Below the pieces are notes generated by a model. It did no database searches and was not told where the DNA came from. It saw nothing but the letters and a program-made list of their open reading frames with translations. DNA of 64,000 nt, from positions 73,780,001-73,844,000 of the forward strand of contig OZ024743.1 of the NCBI GenBank assembly GCA_964016885.1. Reading direction: 5' to 3'. A program made the position numbers and the translations under genes. Source of the DNA: Eledone cirrhosa. Taxonomy: Eukaryota. Numbering within the stretch: position 1 is the stretch's first letter; each line of letters starts with the position of its first letter. Below are positions 1-11,699 of the stretch, in pieces.

Positions 1-2286
1 ATAATTCCAAAGGACAAAAAAGAAATAGAACTAGGAACATAATTTGGTTTGCCCCCCCTTTCTCACTAAACATTAAAACCCACATCGCTAAATTATTTTT
101 CAAAGCTCTTGATAATCGCTTCCCTAGAACACATAGGTATCACTCAATCTTCAATAGGCATACAATTAAATTAACCTACTCATCCACCAAAAATTTCGCA
201 CAAAATATTAATAGAATAAATAATAGGAACTTAAAACCTACTGATAATAGCATAAATAATATACAAGTTAACAAATGTAACTGTAGAGATAGATCTAAAT
301 GTCCGTTAAATAACAACTGCTTAAAAATATAGTATACAATTGTAATGTTAATACTGACTCTAATTCTTTTAACTACGTCGGTTCCACATCGACGGAATTT
401 AAACTTCGCTATAATAACCACAAGAATTCTTTCACAGATCCAAATAAAAAATCTTCAACGGCACTATCAGGCGTACTCTGGCAACTTAAGCTAGATAACG
501 TTAGATATTCGACGGCTTGGAATATAGTCTCAAGAGGGATTCCTTTTAATTCATCCTCTGAGACATGTGACCTCTGCGCAGAGGAGATATTCTTTATACT
601 AAAATCTAAAAATTCCCTTAACCTACGGACAAATTTATTCAGTTGTTGCAAACATAGATTAAACTCAACGTTTAAATATAAATTTAAATTTAAAATGTAG
701 TATATTTAGTTTGATTTATATTTATATGAGAACTAGCCGATAAATTTTTTGATTCCTAAATCTTTGATTCCCTCTTTTTACTCTTTTTATTGTTTATTTT
801 ATTTTATTTATTTTTATTTTTTTATCTAAACATTCCTCATGAAAAATTAAGCTACCCTAAAAGCCGATGCTCCAAATGTTTTGAATTAACCTTACACTAG
901 ATAAACTTCTATATTAAATATAGGAACATATGTAGACGTAATTGGACATCATAATCTTTTTGAGATGTTCTTTGCTAGATGTGATTTGATAGATAATTTT
1001 TGGCTTTGTCTTGTAATGAACTTGGCAATATATTGTCAATTAACTTTGAAGGGTTGTTCTTTGTGGTTTATTTTTATTTTTATTTTTATTTTTATTTTTA
1101 TTTTTATTTTTATTTTTATTCTTTTAGTATTGTAGTATTCTATAATATTTTTTATTTTTTATTTTATTTTTAATATTTTAATATTTTTATATGTAAATTT
1201 TTAATACGTAATATTTTTTAATACGTAGTATTTTTAATATGCAATATTTTTATTATGTAATATTCTTTCGTAATATTTTTTTTTTAGTTTTCTATTCTAT
1301 ATTTTTTTATATATTTTTACTTATTATTATTATTATTGTTATCTTTTTATTTTTAGTTTTGTTTATAATATAATATATATTTTTGATTAGTATATTGAAA
1401 TCTGCTCTCTATTTCTGCTTGATAGATAATCTTGTAGAGTAATCGCAAGAATAATAATACGCTCATATTTTTATACCACATTGAGAATGTTTTCCGGTAA
1501 CCTAGAGTTTGCAGAGTGAATCAGTTGGATTCACATTGATGTTTGTAGCTATCACATAAACATATGAATTTTTTAAAACTAAACATAAGATAATGAATTT
1601 TCACACATTGTGAATACTTGTTTCATTCAGGAATACTGATATGTACAATATAGTGTAAGTTTTATAAATACTAATACATTAAAACATAGGGTTTTCTACG
1701 CCTCGAATATGTCTGGCTATTTTTAAATTTTTTTCTCTCTCTATATCTCTCTATATCTCTCTATATATCTCCCTTACATTAATACTTGAGCTAAATAGAT
1801 AAATAAATAAATAAATAAATAAATAAATGTATCATTGATACACTTACTCAAAATGACCTCCCACTACCTAATTTTCTCTCTATATATATATATGTATCTA
1901 TCTCTATTTCCTCTCTATATATATATATCTCTTTCTGTCTCTTTACATGAAGCTCTTCGCTTTATCTATTTTTCCATCTCTCTATTTTGTTCCATGCACT
2001 TCTTCTTTTTCTTTTTCTTCTTTTTCTTCCTTTTCTTCGTTTTGTCTTTCTTTCTTTTTTCCCTCTTTTCTTTCTCTCTTTCTTTCTCTCTGTATTTTCA
2101 CTGCTAGCGTAAACCTCTTCAAATGAAGTCGATGTTTATTACGGTATGTCGAATATATTTATCTATAAAACTGTTTATATTGTATTTTGTCTGATGAAGG
2201 CATAGCATATTGTTAATATGATATCCCCGAAATATATATAATGAAATAAATATGGTTTTATAAATATAGTTTTCCATTTATTTAAT

Positions 2287-2290
<4 letters not shown>
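1..2290 (+). mobile_element. Penelope-like element A, 3' part: decayed GIY-YIG region, long AT-rich 3' UTR and pseudo-LTR with hammerhead
   Basis: Frameshifted + strand translation of 1-690 gives IWFAPPFSLNIKT, IKLTYS, KCNCRDRSKCPL and CDLCAEE...CCKHR. These match the C-terminal motifs of the PLE ORFs at 3439-3798 and 7751-8728. Ends in a hammerhead motif, AATAAA and (TA)n. Confidence 0.85.
2183..2248 (+). ncRNA. Type I hammerhead ribozyme (canonical core, decayed stem II)
   Basis: Stem I TATTTTGT(2183-90)/ATGAAATA(2241-48); CTGATGA 2191-97; 14-bp stem II with 3 mismatches; GAAA 2229-32; palindromic stem III ATATATAT; cleavage after UA (2240). Confidence 0.75.
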
Positions 2291-2321
<31 letters not shown>

Positions 2322-2399
2322 CCTTTCCATTTATTACTATTATATATATATATATTTATATATATATATAGGTATACGAGATATCGTTTTCGGTTTCTC

Positions 2400-2672
2400 T
2401 AGTTCAGAGTTAGAATATCATATAACAAGGATTTTTCAGCGTCCAGTGATGGTTGACTCAACAAGATATTTACTTCAGGAGGTCCATTGTATGGTTATCC
2501 TTAGAGAGTTCCGTAATCAGTAATTCTTGGAGTACTTACAAATAGCATTGCCTATGTTTATCTTTTTAAACCGATGGGGTGACAATGAGTAGACGTCGTA
2601 GTCAGTGTCATCCTGATGAAGTCATAGCTGATCTTCACTACGCTGGCGGCATTGTGCCTATCGAAAATACGA
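2400..2672 (+). pseudogene. Decayed RTE-like LINE reverse-transcriptase fragment
   Basis: SRRRSQCHPDEVIADLHYAGGIVPIEN resembles the RRSxRHP...DLDYADDIAL motif of RTE-type RTs, with the catalytic DD mutated to GG. Flanked by (TA)n. Confidence 0.55.
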
Positions 2673-2686
2673 ATCTATATATATAT

Positions 2687-2770
<84 letters not shown>

Positions 2771-2774
<4 letters not shown>

Positions 2775-5700
2775 TAAAAGAGAAAACACAGGTAAGCATT
2801 AAGAGAAGGATTTTATCCAGGTATTTACGACCGTTTCATTGGTAAGCGCAACCTTATATTGCTATACTGCAAATAGCAGCCACTCAATTATAATTGTTGT
2901 TCACGTCCAAATTTTCAAAATAGTGAGTAAGTTACTCTTGAAATAGTTCTTAATATATAGAGAAAAACATTTTTTTGGAATTGTATTTACTAGTAAAGAG
3001 AGAGAGGAAGGGGGAGAAGAGTTAGGAAGTAGAGTAACAAACTGAGATGGAGGGAGGGGTAAAGTGGAAGGATTCCTTGATCAGTTTTGATATGTAGACT
3101 TCATGTCGTGGAATGTAGTGAGTTAAAGAGAATTAAATTGATCATAGTGGGAGGGATGGATAAAGAGAGGGTGGAGATATAAAGAGATAAATATATATAT
3201 AAAAAATAAAGATAAAGATAATAATGACAAAAATAAAAGCAAAGAAGGGGGAGAAAGAAGAAAAGAAAAGATAGCCAAAAAGGGGAGGGAAGGAAGGAAG
3301 AAAACGAAGAAATAGAAGAGGAATGAAGGAGAAGGGAGGGATATAGGTATTGGTTTTTGTGGGTAATTGAAAGGGTTTAGATACAATAAGAGGGTATAAA
3401 CTCTAAGTATATGTAGTTTGTCAGTTGGTAGTAAGAGGTTAAGGGTTCGATTTGCACTTATAGTGTGAAAACTTTTCTTTGAGTCTATGGTTACAATAAA
3501 TTGATCTTTCGATTTTATTGTTGAGTAACTTATTCTTCGAACTCAAAATGTGGAACAGCTCAAGGTCACACAATCGACAGATTCTCATACCACTCCGATA
3601 TGGGGGCGCGTTCGATAATTTTTTCCACTTCAGGGTGTATTGATGGTTACTTTCCCTCAGTTGCCAGGTCTTGTTTGCAAGGGTAGTTACATAACGATGC
3701 TGGGAATGTTTCATTGCGTAACGGTGTGTATACCAACCGGCTTTAAATGTATTCCCAGTCGCTCCGATGTAATACCATTTCTGGTTGTCTGATTCCACTG
3801 TGCATTAGTAAACCAGATTAGACTGCATACATTCATTATGTAATGGACAGGTTTCAGGTAGGTGGCAGTTACAATTCTTGTCATGGGCAACTTTGGCATT
3901 ATTGGTGGGCTGCGATGCCTGTACAAGTGTGTTACGTTTGTTTGCCTATTAGTGGGTGGTTGTGTATTAGATATTCTGTTGTGTTCAATGGTGATTGTAT
4001 TGTTATTGTTGTAAATTTGTGTTCTGCTGTTGTTATGTATCTTTTTAGCGTTAAGCATCTTAAGGTGTGCCTCTATATTTGGTGCCGTGGAGTAAGATAG
4101 TCTAATAGATTTAGTGTTAAGGATTTTGCTGTATCTATGTGAATCTGGAAAGTACTTATATATTATTCTAAAGAAGGTAGAGGGTAGGTTAGTACTAATA
4201 GAGTTGTTAAATATGGGGTTATACCAAATATATTTTCTATTGCGTGACTAGTTTGATTTCGATGTTGTATTTCTATTTACCGTATACTTTGTAGTTCTAT
4301 GCGTAAGTGCGTGTGTGCGTGTGTTTCTGGAGTTTATGTTATGCGTGTTCGTGTGCGCTTTGCGGAGGCTTTCATCTATATATTCTACTCTATCTAAGTG
4401 GCCTGCCTTGTCTAATGCGGTATTGTAGTATTCTGCATGTTCCTCGAAGATTTGTCGGTAGGACGAGAGGCGGGAGATCCTAAGGGATATGGTGCGTGGA
4501 ATGTATTTAATTATGGATAGTGGGTGGTTTGAGTTACAGTTGATGTATGCTAAGTTTTCATTAATCTTGTGAAAAGGTCTTATAAATCCCGTATTTAGGT
4601 TAAGCGTCGCGTCTAGAAAGTTAACTGTTTTAGTGCTATACTCATACGTTATGCTAAGGCCTAGTTTCCCGAGAGTCTTTCTAATATTCTTACGGAGTCT
4701 TTCTATGTTCTGGTTATTTAGGTTCTTAACTAGGAGAAGGGCGTCGTCTCTGTAGAATCCACCGTGAAGGTCGCTAAACTCACTCTGTAAACTATGGGCT
4801 ATGTAAATACCTACTAAATCTGTGACTTGAGCCGAGTCGTTAGCCCCCATCGTGATGTCAAAGTTATTTAATCTATCCTTACGTTCCCAATAGGCATTTT
4901 CAAATTTAATTATTGTTTTCCTAGCAGCTAATATGATTTTTATCTCGTCTTCTGTTAGGTCAGAATTGGCTTTGGCGAAAGCTAAGGCTTTTTCCAAGGG
5001 GTTGGGGGGATATAGAGGAGTAATAGTCGTTAATGTCAAATTGTATAAATTTAGATACTTTTTTGTTAGCTATATTGTTAAACCACTTAATTGTTTCGGT
5101 AGCGTTACCCCATAGTTTAATCACTAGTTTATTCTTCATTTGTGCTATCACTCTGTCTAATATATGTTTACTAATTTTCCCGATGTCCGATTTGGACGGG
5201 CATATAAGTCTAATTGTGGGGTTATAATCAAAATTTACCTTGTGGTCCTTGAGATTAAATGTGGGGGTACATGGCCTAAGTGGCTCCGTTCTGTCGTCTA
5301 TTCCTAGGTGTTTGACTATATTGTGTGCCTCGTTGTTGATGTTTATCAGTGCCGCTTCATTAGTTTTTTTGTATTTCCTATGTAATTCTTTCCGTGTGAA
5401 GCTATTGTATGTATTAACATCAATCGTATACACATTTGAGGTTTTGTCCGTTTTGACAATAATTCCATTGGTAGTTCGCAGCTTTTTTAGGAATGTATTT
5501 ATGTCATTCTGGAGTTTATTATTCCTCCGCTTTTTGAATTTGATATTCATAATCATCTTCAGTAAGTCTTGTTCAAAGGCATCCAGTTGACGGTTGGTAG
5601 GTGGGTTCTTACACGATTTGAAGCCGTGTGTTTCCTTGTTGTATTCCACGGTGCGACCATTACGTCCTTTGTCGAAATGCAAAGTTTTCCATCTAACTCG

Positions 5701-6091
5701 GCGTATAAAGTCGTTTGTTCGCTGTATCATCCCGAGGGTATAATCCTTTCTCAAAGATATAGGAATGTTCTTTAGGGACATACCTATGTAATGTTTCAAG
5801 AGTAACTTACTCACTATATTGAAAATTTGGACGTGAACAACAATTATAATTGAGTGGCTGCTATTTGCAGTATAGCAATATAAGGTTGCACTTACCAATG
5901 AAACGGTCGCAAATACCTGGATAAAATCCTTCTCTTAATGCTTACCTGTGTTTTCTCTTTTATACTTTATACTCCAAGATTGAACGGAATTCTTACAAAC
6001 TTGTGGAGTTACCTTTAACCGTACATTGAAACCGTCCATGAAACTGGCTTTCTTAACCACGAACTGGATCACAATAAGCAATTTTCTGCTT

Positions 6092-6095
<4 letters not shown>
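2771..6095 (-). mobile_element. Penelope-like element B, near full length, with inverted terminal arms in (TA)n
   Basis: Frameshifted RT-GIY-YIG ORF on the minus strand. 2771-2944 is the reverse complement of 5793-5967. (TA)n on both sides. Confidence 0.92.
3439..5781 (-). pseudogene. PLE RT + GIY-YIG endonuclease ORF, frameshifted (possibly Hydra clade)
   Basis: MSLKNIPIS, VKTDKTSN, LKDHK, RLICPSKSDIG, FIQFDI, ITMGANDSAQVTDLVG, YRDD (RT catalytic), WYYIGATG, HRY, CRLCDLE, CNHR. Confidence 0.92.
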
Positions 6096-6173
<78 letters not shown>

Positions 6174-6277
6174 TTATGTCGTTGACGACTGAGAGAAAAC
6201 AATACCTAATACCAAAGTAGAGTTTAAATATTCATTTTATTATGGTTAAATAGTGGGTTGTGTTACTCTGGAGTTTT

Positions 6278-6337
6278 CCCTGCTTATCACAGTGTCATTA
6301 GACAAGTTCTTGTCTAATGACACTGTGTTGAGCAGGG
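6278..6337. repeat. Near-perfect 60-bp palindrome inside a ~310-bp (TA)n-flanked insert (6171-6480)
   Basis: CCCTGCTTATCACAGTGTCATTAGACAAG-TT-CTTGTCTAATGACACTGTGTTGAGCAGGG. Confidence 0.85.
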
Positions 6338-6480
6338 GACGGCCGAATATGTTGTCTTTTCGCCGGCCGGCCCCTTTCATTTGTTGTCTTGTCCTCTCTG
6401 TTAATTTTCCTAAGTTTATCATTAATAAACTGTGACGAACGTGTTATCTCTTTCCCCCCAACGCCTTAATTTAAATGGCT

Positions 6481-6527
<47 letters not shown>

Positions 6528-6538
6528 GAACCAGTAAG

Positions 6539-6632
6539 ACCCCGACGGCTGAGCTCAAGCCGTTTCGACGGCTAATTCTGGACTAAATGAAAATTTATCC
6601 TGGTATTTAAATAGCCGATCTTCTCAAGGGGT
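6539..6632 (-). ncRNA. Type I hammerhead ribozyme, U3-A8 core variant (UUGAGAA)
   Basis: Minus strand: ACCCC-TTGAGAA-GA(T)CGGCTA...TAGCCGTC-GAAA-CGGCT tgagctc AGCCG-TC-GGGGT. All three stems pair; GUC cleavage triplet. Confidence 0.8.
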
Positions 6633-7750
6633 AATTCCATATATGGTCAAAGTGATTGTCAAAAGTCAGTAGTAATTCTGTGATTGCAAATTAGTAGGGG
6701 AGATGGTGGCTAAACCTGCCAGTAGGGGAAAGAGGGGAGGGGGTGGAGTAGACCCAAGTTTGGTAGTGCCAGCTACAGCTGGGCATGAGGTCAAAGAAGA
6801 TACTGGGGAGGGGGAGGGGGAGGAAGTCGGTAGGTAGAACAATGAGGGGTAAAAATATATATGAAAGAAAAAATACTGAGAGTGAAGAAAGCGAATAAGT
6901 GTAAAGAAAAAAGTAAAGCAAGTTCTACGACCTAAGTCTCTAGCTATTGTTAGGCTAGATAAATAAATAAATAAAGAAAGAAAGAAGTGAAGAAAGAAAT
7001 AAAGAAATAACGAAATAAGTAAATGAACTAGGTGGGACGGAATAGGCAAGGACCCTTTTAAGAGGTATAAGTACGTAAATCATACGGTGACAGGTCAACA
7101 AATGGGGCCAAAATACTAAAGAGACTACCACGAAATAAATAATAAAGGTTTCTATCCCGGGCACAATGCCAGCAACCACCCAGTGCAGCAAAGTAAACTA
7201 GTACGAGATAATAATAATACTGAGTCCCGAAAAAAAAAAAAAAAAAAAAAATATATATATATACTAATGCTAACTCTAAAAGATCTTAAACAAGCTACAT
7301 GAAAGTTCGTACGTAGTAAAGGTAGAATACGGAAAAATAAATTCAGAATCCACCCCGCCCAAAAGAAAAGCGAAGAAAGAAATACTGAAACGAGAAAATA
7401 AGGCATAAGTGCCACTAAGAAATATAGAAGGCACGGAAAGTAGTGGGAGCGGTCGGAAAAAGCGGGCAAGTATCCGGGGTCTAAACCAACTGCTATAAAA
7501 AGCGGAGTCCGCCAAATCTATCATAGACTAGGGGAGGGGGTGGGGGTACTGAGGCTACAAGGGGCCAAAGGGCAGCCTCGGGTGGGCGAGAAAAGACGCC
7601 GACAAAGAAGAAGAGCTGGGGTAGAAGGACTAAGGAGGGATGGGGGGAAGGAAATAAAGGAAGCGATAAAAGAATAAAAAGAAGATCTTACGTCTCCCTT
7701 GGCAAGCAGGGGTTACCCATTGCAAAATCGGCAAGTGGGGTGTTATAGCC

Positions 7751-9894
7751 CTAGTCTACCCCCACCCCCTGGTCATTATGGGGTTTGAGGGCGAGGTAAG
7801 TCCTACGCAATCTATGTTTACATGCAGTAATCAGTTCATCTTTCTTGTTTAGGAGTTGGTCCGTCGAAAACAACATTTGTAAAGTTTCCTCCAAACATAA
7901 ATTGCACGGACGGCGTCCTCCCGTGTAAGAATTGGCTCTGGACAGTAATCTCCAAGTGAGATCATAGGTGATGTTGTTGTCCTTGAGGTCCCATATGTGG
8001 CCCGAAAGTGTAGTGGCGTGACGCCGGGCCGGGTTTCGGAAGGTATGTCTATGTTGGTATAGCCGGGTCTTGAAGTCACATGCGGTAAGTCCTATATAGG
8101 CTTTGTTGGAGGTATCCGTCCTCACGTTGCACTGGTAGATCACATTACGGTCTCTGCATCTATTGTCGAGTGGGTAAATGGATCTATCCGGACAGTTACA
8201 CCTCCTGGTCGGTTCTCCACTGCTATTTAGGTTATTTCTGCCATCGGGGTTGAGTTTTTTGTTGTTAGAGGAGACGATGTTTTGTGCGAAGTTTGGTGTA
8301 GTGCTGTAAGAGAGTTTGATGGTATTTTTGTTAATTATGTTGTGGTAGTGGTGTTGTAGTGGGAAGTGTTTTTCAATGAGCCTAAAGAATAGTTTCCCGA
8401 TGGGAGTTGTCACCTCTGCGTTGTGGGGAGGATTGAACCATGTTACATTGCGTGAGCGGCGGTGTCTCCTGCTGGTTCCGCTAATGGGAGCTGGACAGTA
8501 GGATATTTCCTCCCGGAAACCACCCCGCTTGAGGGCCTGGTTGTAATAAGGCGCATGTTCATCGAATATCCGCTCATTAGCTGACAAACGGGATATGCGG
8601 AGGGAGATGTTTTTGACCAGGTTGTTTGTGATGTTCCTAGGAGGGTTTGATCGGCGGTGGATGTAGTGCAGGTTGTCATTAGGTTTCCTGTATGGGTAGT
8701 ACAGGTCGTTTTCGAGGTCGAGGGTCACGTCCAGGAAGTTTACTCGGGTCAGGGACGTTTGTAGGGTTATTTTAAATCCCCAGTCGCGGAAGAAGCTGAT
8801 TAATTGTTTCCGGACCCGATCTGTACTACTGGGGTTGTACCCTTTAAGGGTAAGGAGCCCATCATACGGTACAATCCACCACCGAATGCAGGAAACATAT
8901 CAGTGAGTTTGGCTATTAGGAATAATCCTATAAGATCTGTGACCTCCACCGAATCCGTGGCGCCCATGCTGACGTCGAAGGGTGAGTCGGGAGCTCTTTT
9001 TATCCATTTAGAGTCGTCAAAGAGTAAGACTGTCTTCCTGGCGTGGAGGATGATTTTTCTTTCCTGGTCGGTGATGGGCACAAGTGTTTCGGCGAAGTCC
9101 AAGGCGGCAGTAAGTAGCGGTAAGGTGATTGAAGCATAGTAGCTCTCTATGTCGAACTGTATGAATTTAGTGTCTCGTTTATCCTCCATATTGCTGAACC
9201 ATGAGATTACTTCCTGGGTGTTGATCCATAGGCTAAGTCGGGCGTGTTGCTTGACTTTTGGTATCACGCGGTCTAGGATTTGTTTGCTGATTCTCCCTAT
9301 GTCGGACTTCGTTGGGTTAATAAGCCTGATAGAGGGTTTACGGTCAAAATCGGATTTATGGTCCTTCAGTGTGAAGTATGGTGTCCGTGGGTCTAGAGGT
9401 TCCGTGCGGTCGGCGACCCCGAGGCTGGAGGTAATTTGTTGTCCATCTCGATTTATGTCCTCGATGCAAGAGTGGTTGGCCTTTTTATAGGTGGAGTTTA
9501 GGCTGCTCCTGATCAGTGTGTGGTATCTGTCAGGGTTGACAAAGTATAGGTTCCCAGTTTTATCCGAATGCACCATGATGTCATTGGTGTTATTATACTC
9601 TGTTAAGTTGCTACGGAGTTTTTGTAGGAATCCGTTGTGTCTGGGTTTAAATTTAATGTTCTTGACCAGTTGGAAGAGGTCATTCTCGAAGGGTGAGAGC
9701 AAGGGGTTCGGGGGCGGAGATTTGTAGGTAATAAATCCGAATCTCTCCTTGGTGCCGAAGTCCTGGTTGTCGCAATATCTGTCATAGAAAAAAGTTCTCC
9801 ATCTAAGTCTTTTCGCAAATAGATCGATTTTTTGCGTGAGCATCCGAAGGTAAAGTTTTTTCGGTGGGATTGGGATGTTCTTGGTGGAAGTCAA
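7751..9894 (-). pseudogene. PLE RT + GIY-YIG ORF broken by a frameshift at the YRDD motif (possibly Hydra clade)
   Basis: KNIPIPP, HSDKTGN, LKDHK, RLINPTKSDIG, FIQFDIESYY, VSMGATDSVEVTDLIG, GLYR|, WFNPP, CNCPDR, AYIGLT, CNLCLEE, CKHR. Two large ORFs (8800-9894, 7751-8728) cover nearly the whole protein. Confidence 0.95.
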
Positions 9895-10272
9895 TGTTGT
9901 GTTTTCGCATGGTGCGGGTGAAATGAATTGAGCTTAGCGGAAAAGTCTGGATACGGCGTGGTAGGGTCGGAAAGTGCTCTACTACGGGAGTAGGAGCTAG
10001 ATAACGAAGGAAATGTGGTAAGGAACCAGGTGGACCATAACGCACCAAAGTACTCAATACTTGGGGTAGTAGAGTGGGTAATAGGAACCAGTAAGACCCC
10101 GACGGCTGAGCTCAAGCCGTTTCGACGGCTAATTCTGGACTAAATGAAAATTTATCCTGACTTTTGACAATCACTTTGACCATATATGGAATTACCCCTT
10201 GAGAAGATCGGCTATTTAAATACCAGGATAAATTTTCATTCAGTCCAGAATTATATATATATATATATATAT

Positions 10273-10466
10273 ATAGGAACAAGTATGACCCCGGCGGCAG
10301 AGCTCAAGCCGTTTCGACGGGTAATTCTGGACATAATTATCCATAATCGAAATGGCTTGAGCTCTGCCGTCGGGGTCATATTTGTTCCTATTACACACTC
10401 TACTACCCTAAGTATTGAATACTTTGGTGCGTTATGGTCCATCTGGTTCCTTACCACATTTCCTTC

Positions 10467-10470
<4 letters not shown>
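10273..10470. mobile_element. Short head-to-head pLTR dimer derived from PLE family C, in (TA)n
   Basis: Short arm 10273-10317 is the inverse of the start of the long arm 10347-10470. Both are homologous to 10002-10140. Confidence 0.85.
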
Positions 10471-10543
<73 letters not shown>

Positions 10544-10734
10544 TTAATACATTAACAGAGAAAGCTTTAAGCGAAACTATGACCAAGTCCATCTCACTCA
10601 ACAAACATTAGGATATACCTAAGTATAATCCCAATTAAGTGTTTGGGGTGCTAACTATATAGTATTCCTTCGAAAGCTGGTTGTATTATTTTATATGAGA
10701 CATAATTAAATAAATCTCTCTTTCTTTCCATACG

Positions 10735-10785
<51 letters not shown>

Positions 10786-10790
<5 letters not shown>

Positions 10791-10896
10791 ATGTTCAAGA
10801 CCCCGACGGCAGATCTCAAGCCGTTTCGACAGCTATTTCTGTCTTGAGTACTCTGGTGCGTTATGGTCCATCTGGTTCCTTACCACACTTCCTTCG

Positions 10897-10900
<4 letters not shown>
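10786..10900. mobile_element. Deleted head-to-head pLTR dimer of PLE family C
   Basis: AAGACCCCGACGGCAGATCTCAAGCCGTTTCGAC is joined to GAGTACTCTGGTGCGTTATGGTCC...CCTTCGTTAT in the opposite orientation. (TA)n flanks. Confidence 0.75.
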
Positions 10901-10956
<56 letters not shown>

Positions 10957-11269
10957 TTTCTCCTTCTTCCCCGTCTATCTCCTTACACACTTTCTGTTCC
11001 ATTGCGACTTGCCCCTCCCCCCTCTCACTTCCGTTTTCATTCGTCTTCGCGCAGGTTCTCGCTAAGATCAGACGTTTTTCTCTTCGCTCTCTCTGGTGCT
11101 GTTAATACGGGTTCAGGGCCTACGTTCGGTCTCCATTTTAACTTCCCCCTCTCTTCTATTGGTTCCTACAACTTATATGTACTAGTGTCTCGTGTTTTCC
11201 CCTCTTTATAGGTGTCACAGCTAGAACAGAAAAACGTAATGATGGAATAAAGTTTACCTCTGTTATTTC

Positions 11270-11350
11270 GATCTCTTGATAGGCCCAGTCCCGAAGTGTG
11301 GTGTTCTTTTATTAAACAACACCATACTTCGGGACTGGGCCTATCAAAAG

Positions 11351-11353
<3 letters not shown>
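11270..11353. repeat. Inverted repeat with ~37-bp arms ending at (TA)n
   Basis: GATCTCTTGATAGGCCCAGTCCCGAAGTGTGGTGTT ... AACACCATACTTCGGGACTGGGCCTATCAAAAGATC. Confidence 0.85.
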
Positions 11354-11383
<30 letters not shown>

Positions 11384-11387
<4 letters not shown>

Positions 11388-11533
11388 AATATGATAATAA
11401 TGGAGCTGCGGCGCTGCAAATGGGTTACATATGAAAAAGTTTGTCCTCATCAGTGGCCTTCCAACCGTCGTAGGCATTTCGTCACGAAATGCCTACGACG
11501 GTTGGAAGGCCACTGATGAGGACACACTTTTTC

Positions 11534-11538
<5 letters not shown>
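11384..11538. mobile_element. PLE-tail-derived palindrome (~54-bp arms, one arm extended)
   Basis: ATATGAAAAAGT...GCATTTCGT-C-ACGAAATGC...ACTTTTTCATAT. The extension (minus: ACCCATTTGCA...GCTCCA...ATATTTAC) resembles the PLE-E tail at 29055-29100. Confidence 0.7.
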
Positions 11539-11565
<27 letters not shown>

Positions 11566-11699
11566 TATATTGGAACAAACGGATTCTGTATGTTTTACAT
11601 ATCTCTCTATCTCTCTTCCTCTCTCCTACTTCCTCAATGTATATGTGTATTTGTGTATATGTGTATATGTGTATACGAAAACCGAATTGGGCTCGCTAT

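Larger units (their letters stand above)
6526..10253 (-). mobile_element. Penelope-like element C, full length, with direct pseudo-LTRs and an inverted 5' pLTR segment
   Basis: ORF 7751-9894. 6527-6602 is repeated directly at 10084-10159. 10158-10253 is an inverted copy of 6573-6669. (TA)n on both flanks. Confidence 0.95.

Noticed and set aside
2613-2670. CTGATGA...GAAA hammerhead candidate
   Set aside because: No stems form, and the sequence is explained as a decayed RT coding fragment.
2820-2925. Possible U3-A8 hammerhead in the PLE-B pLTR (TTGAAAA...GAAACGGTC; inverse copy at 5819-5909)
   Set aside because: The boxes are present at the expected position but stem I does not pair convincingly, so it is not called.
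8804-9727. Antisense ORFs over the PLE, mariner and LINE coding regions
   Set aside because: Shadow frames of real coding sequence on the opposite strand.
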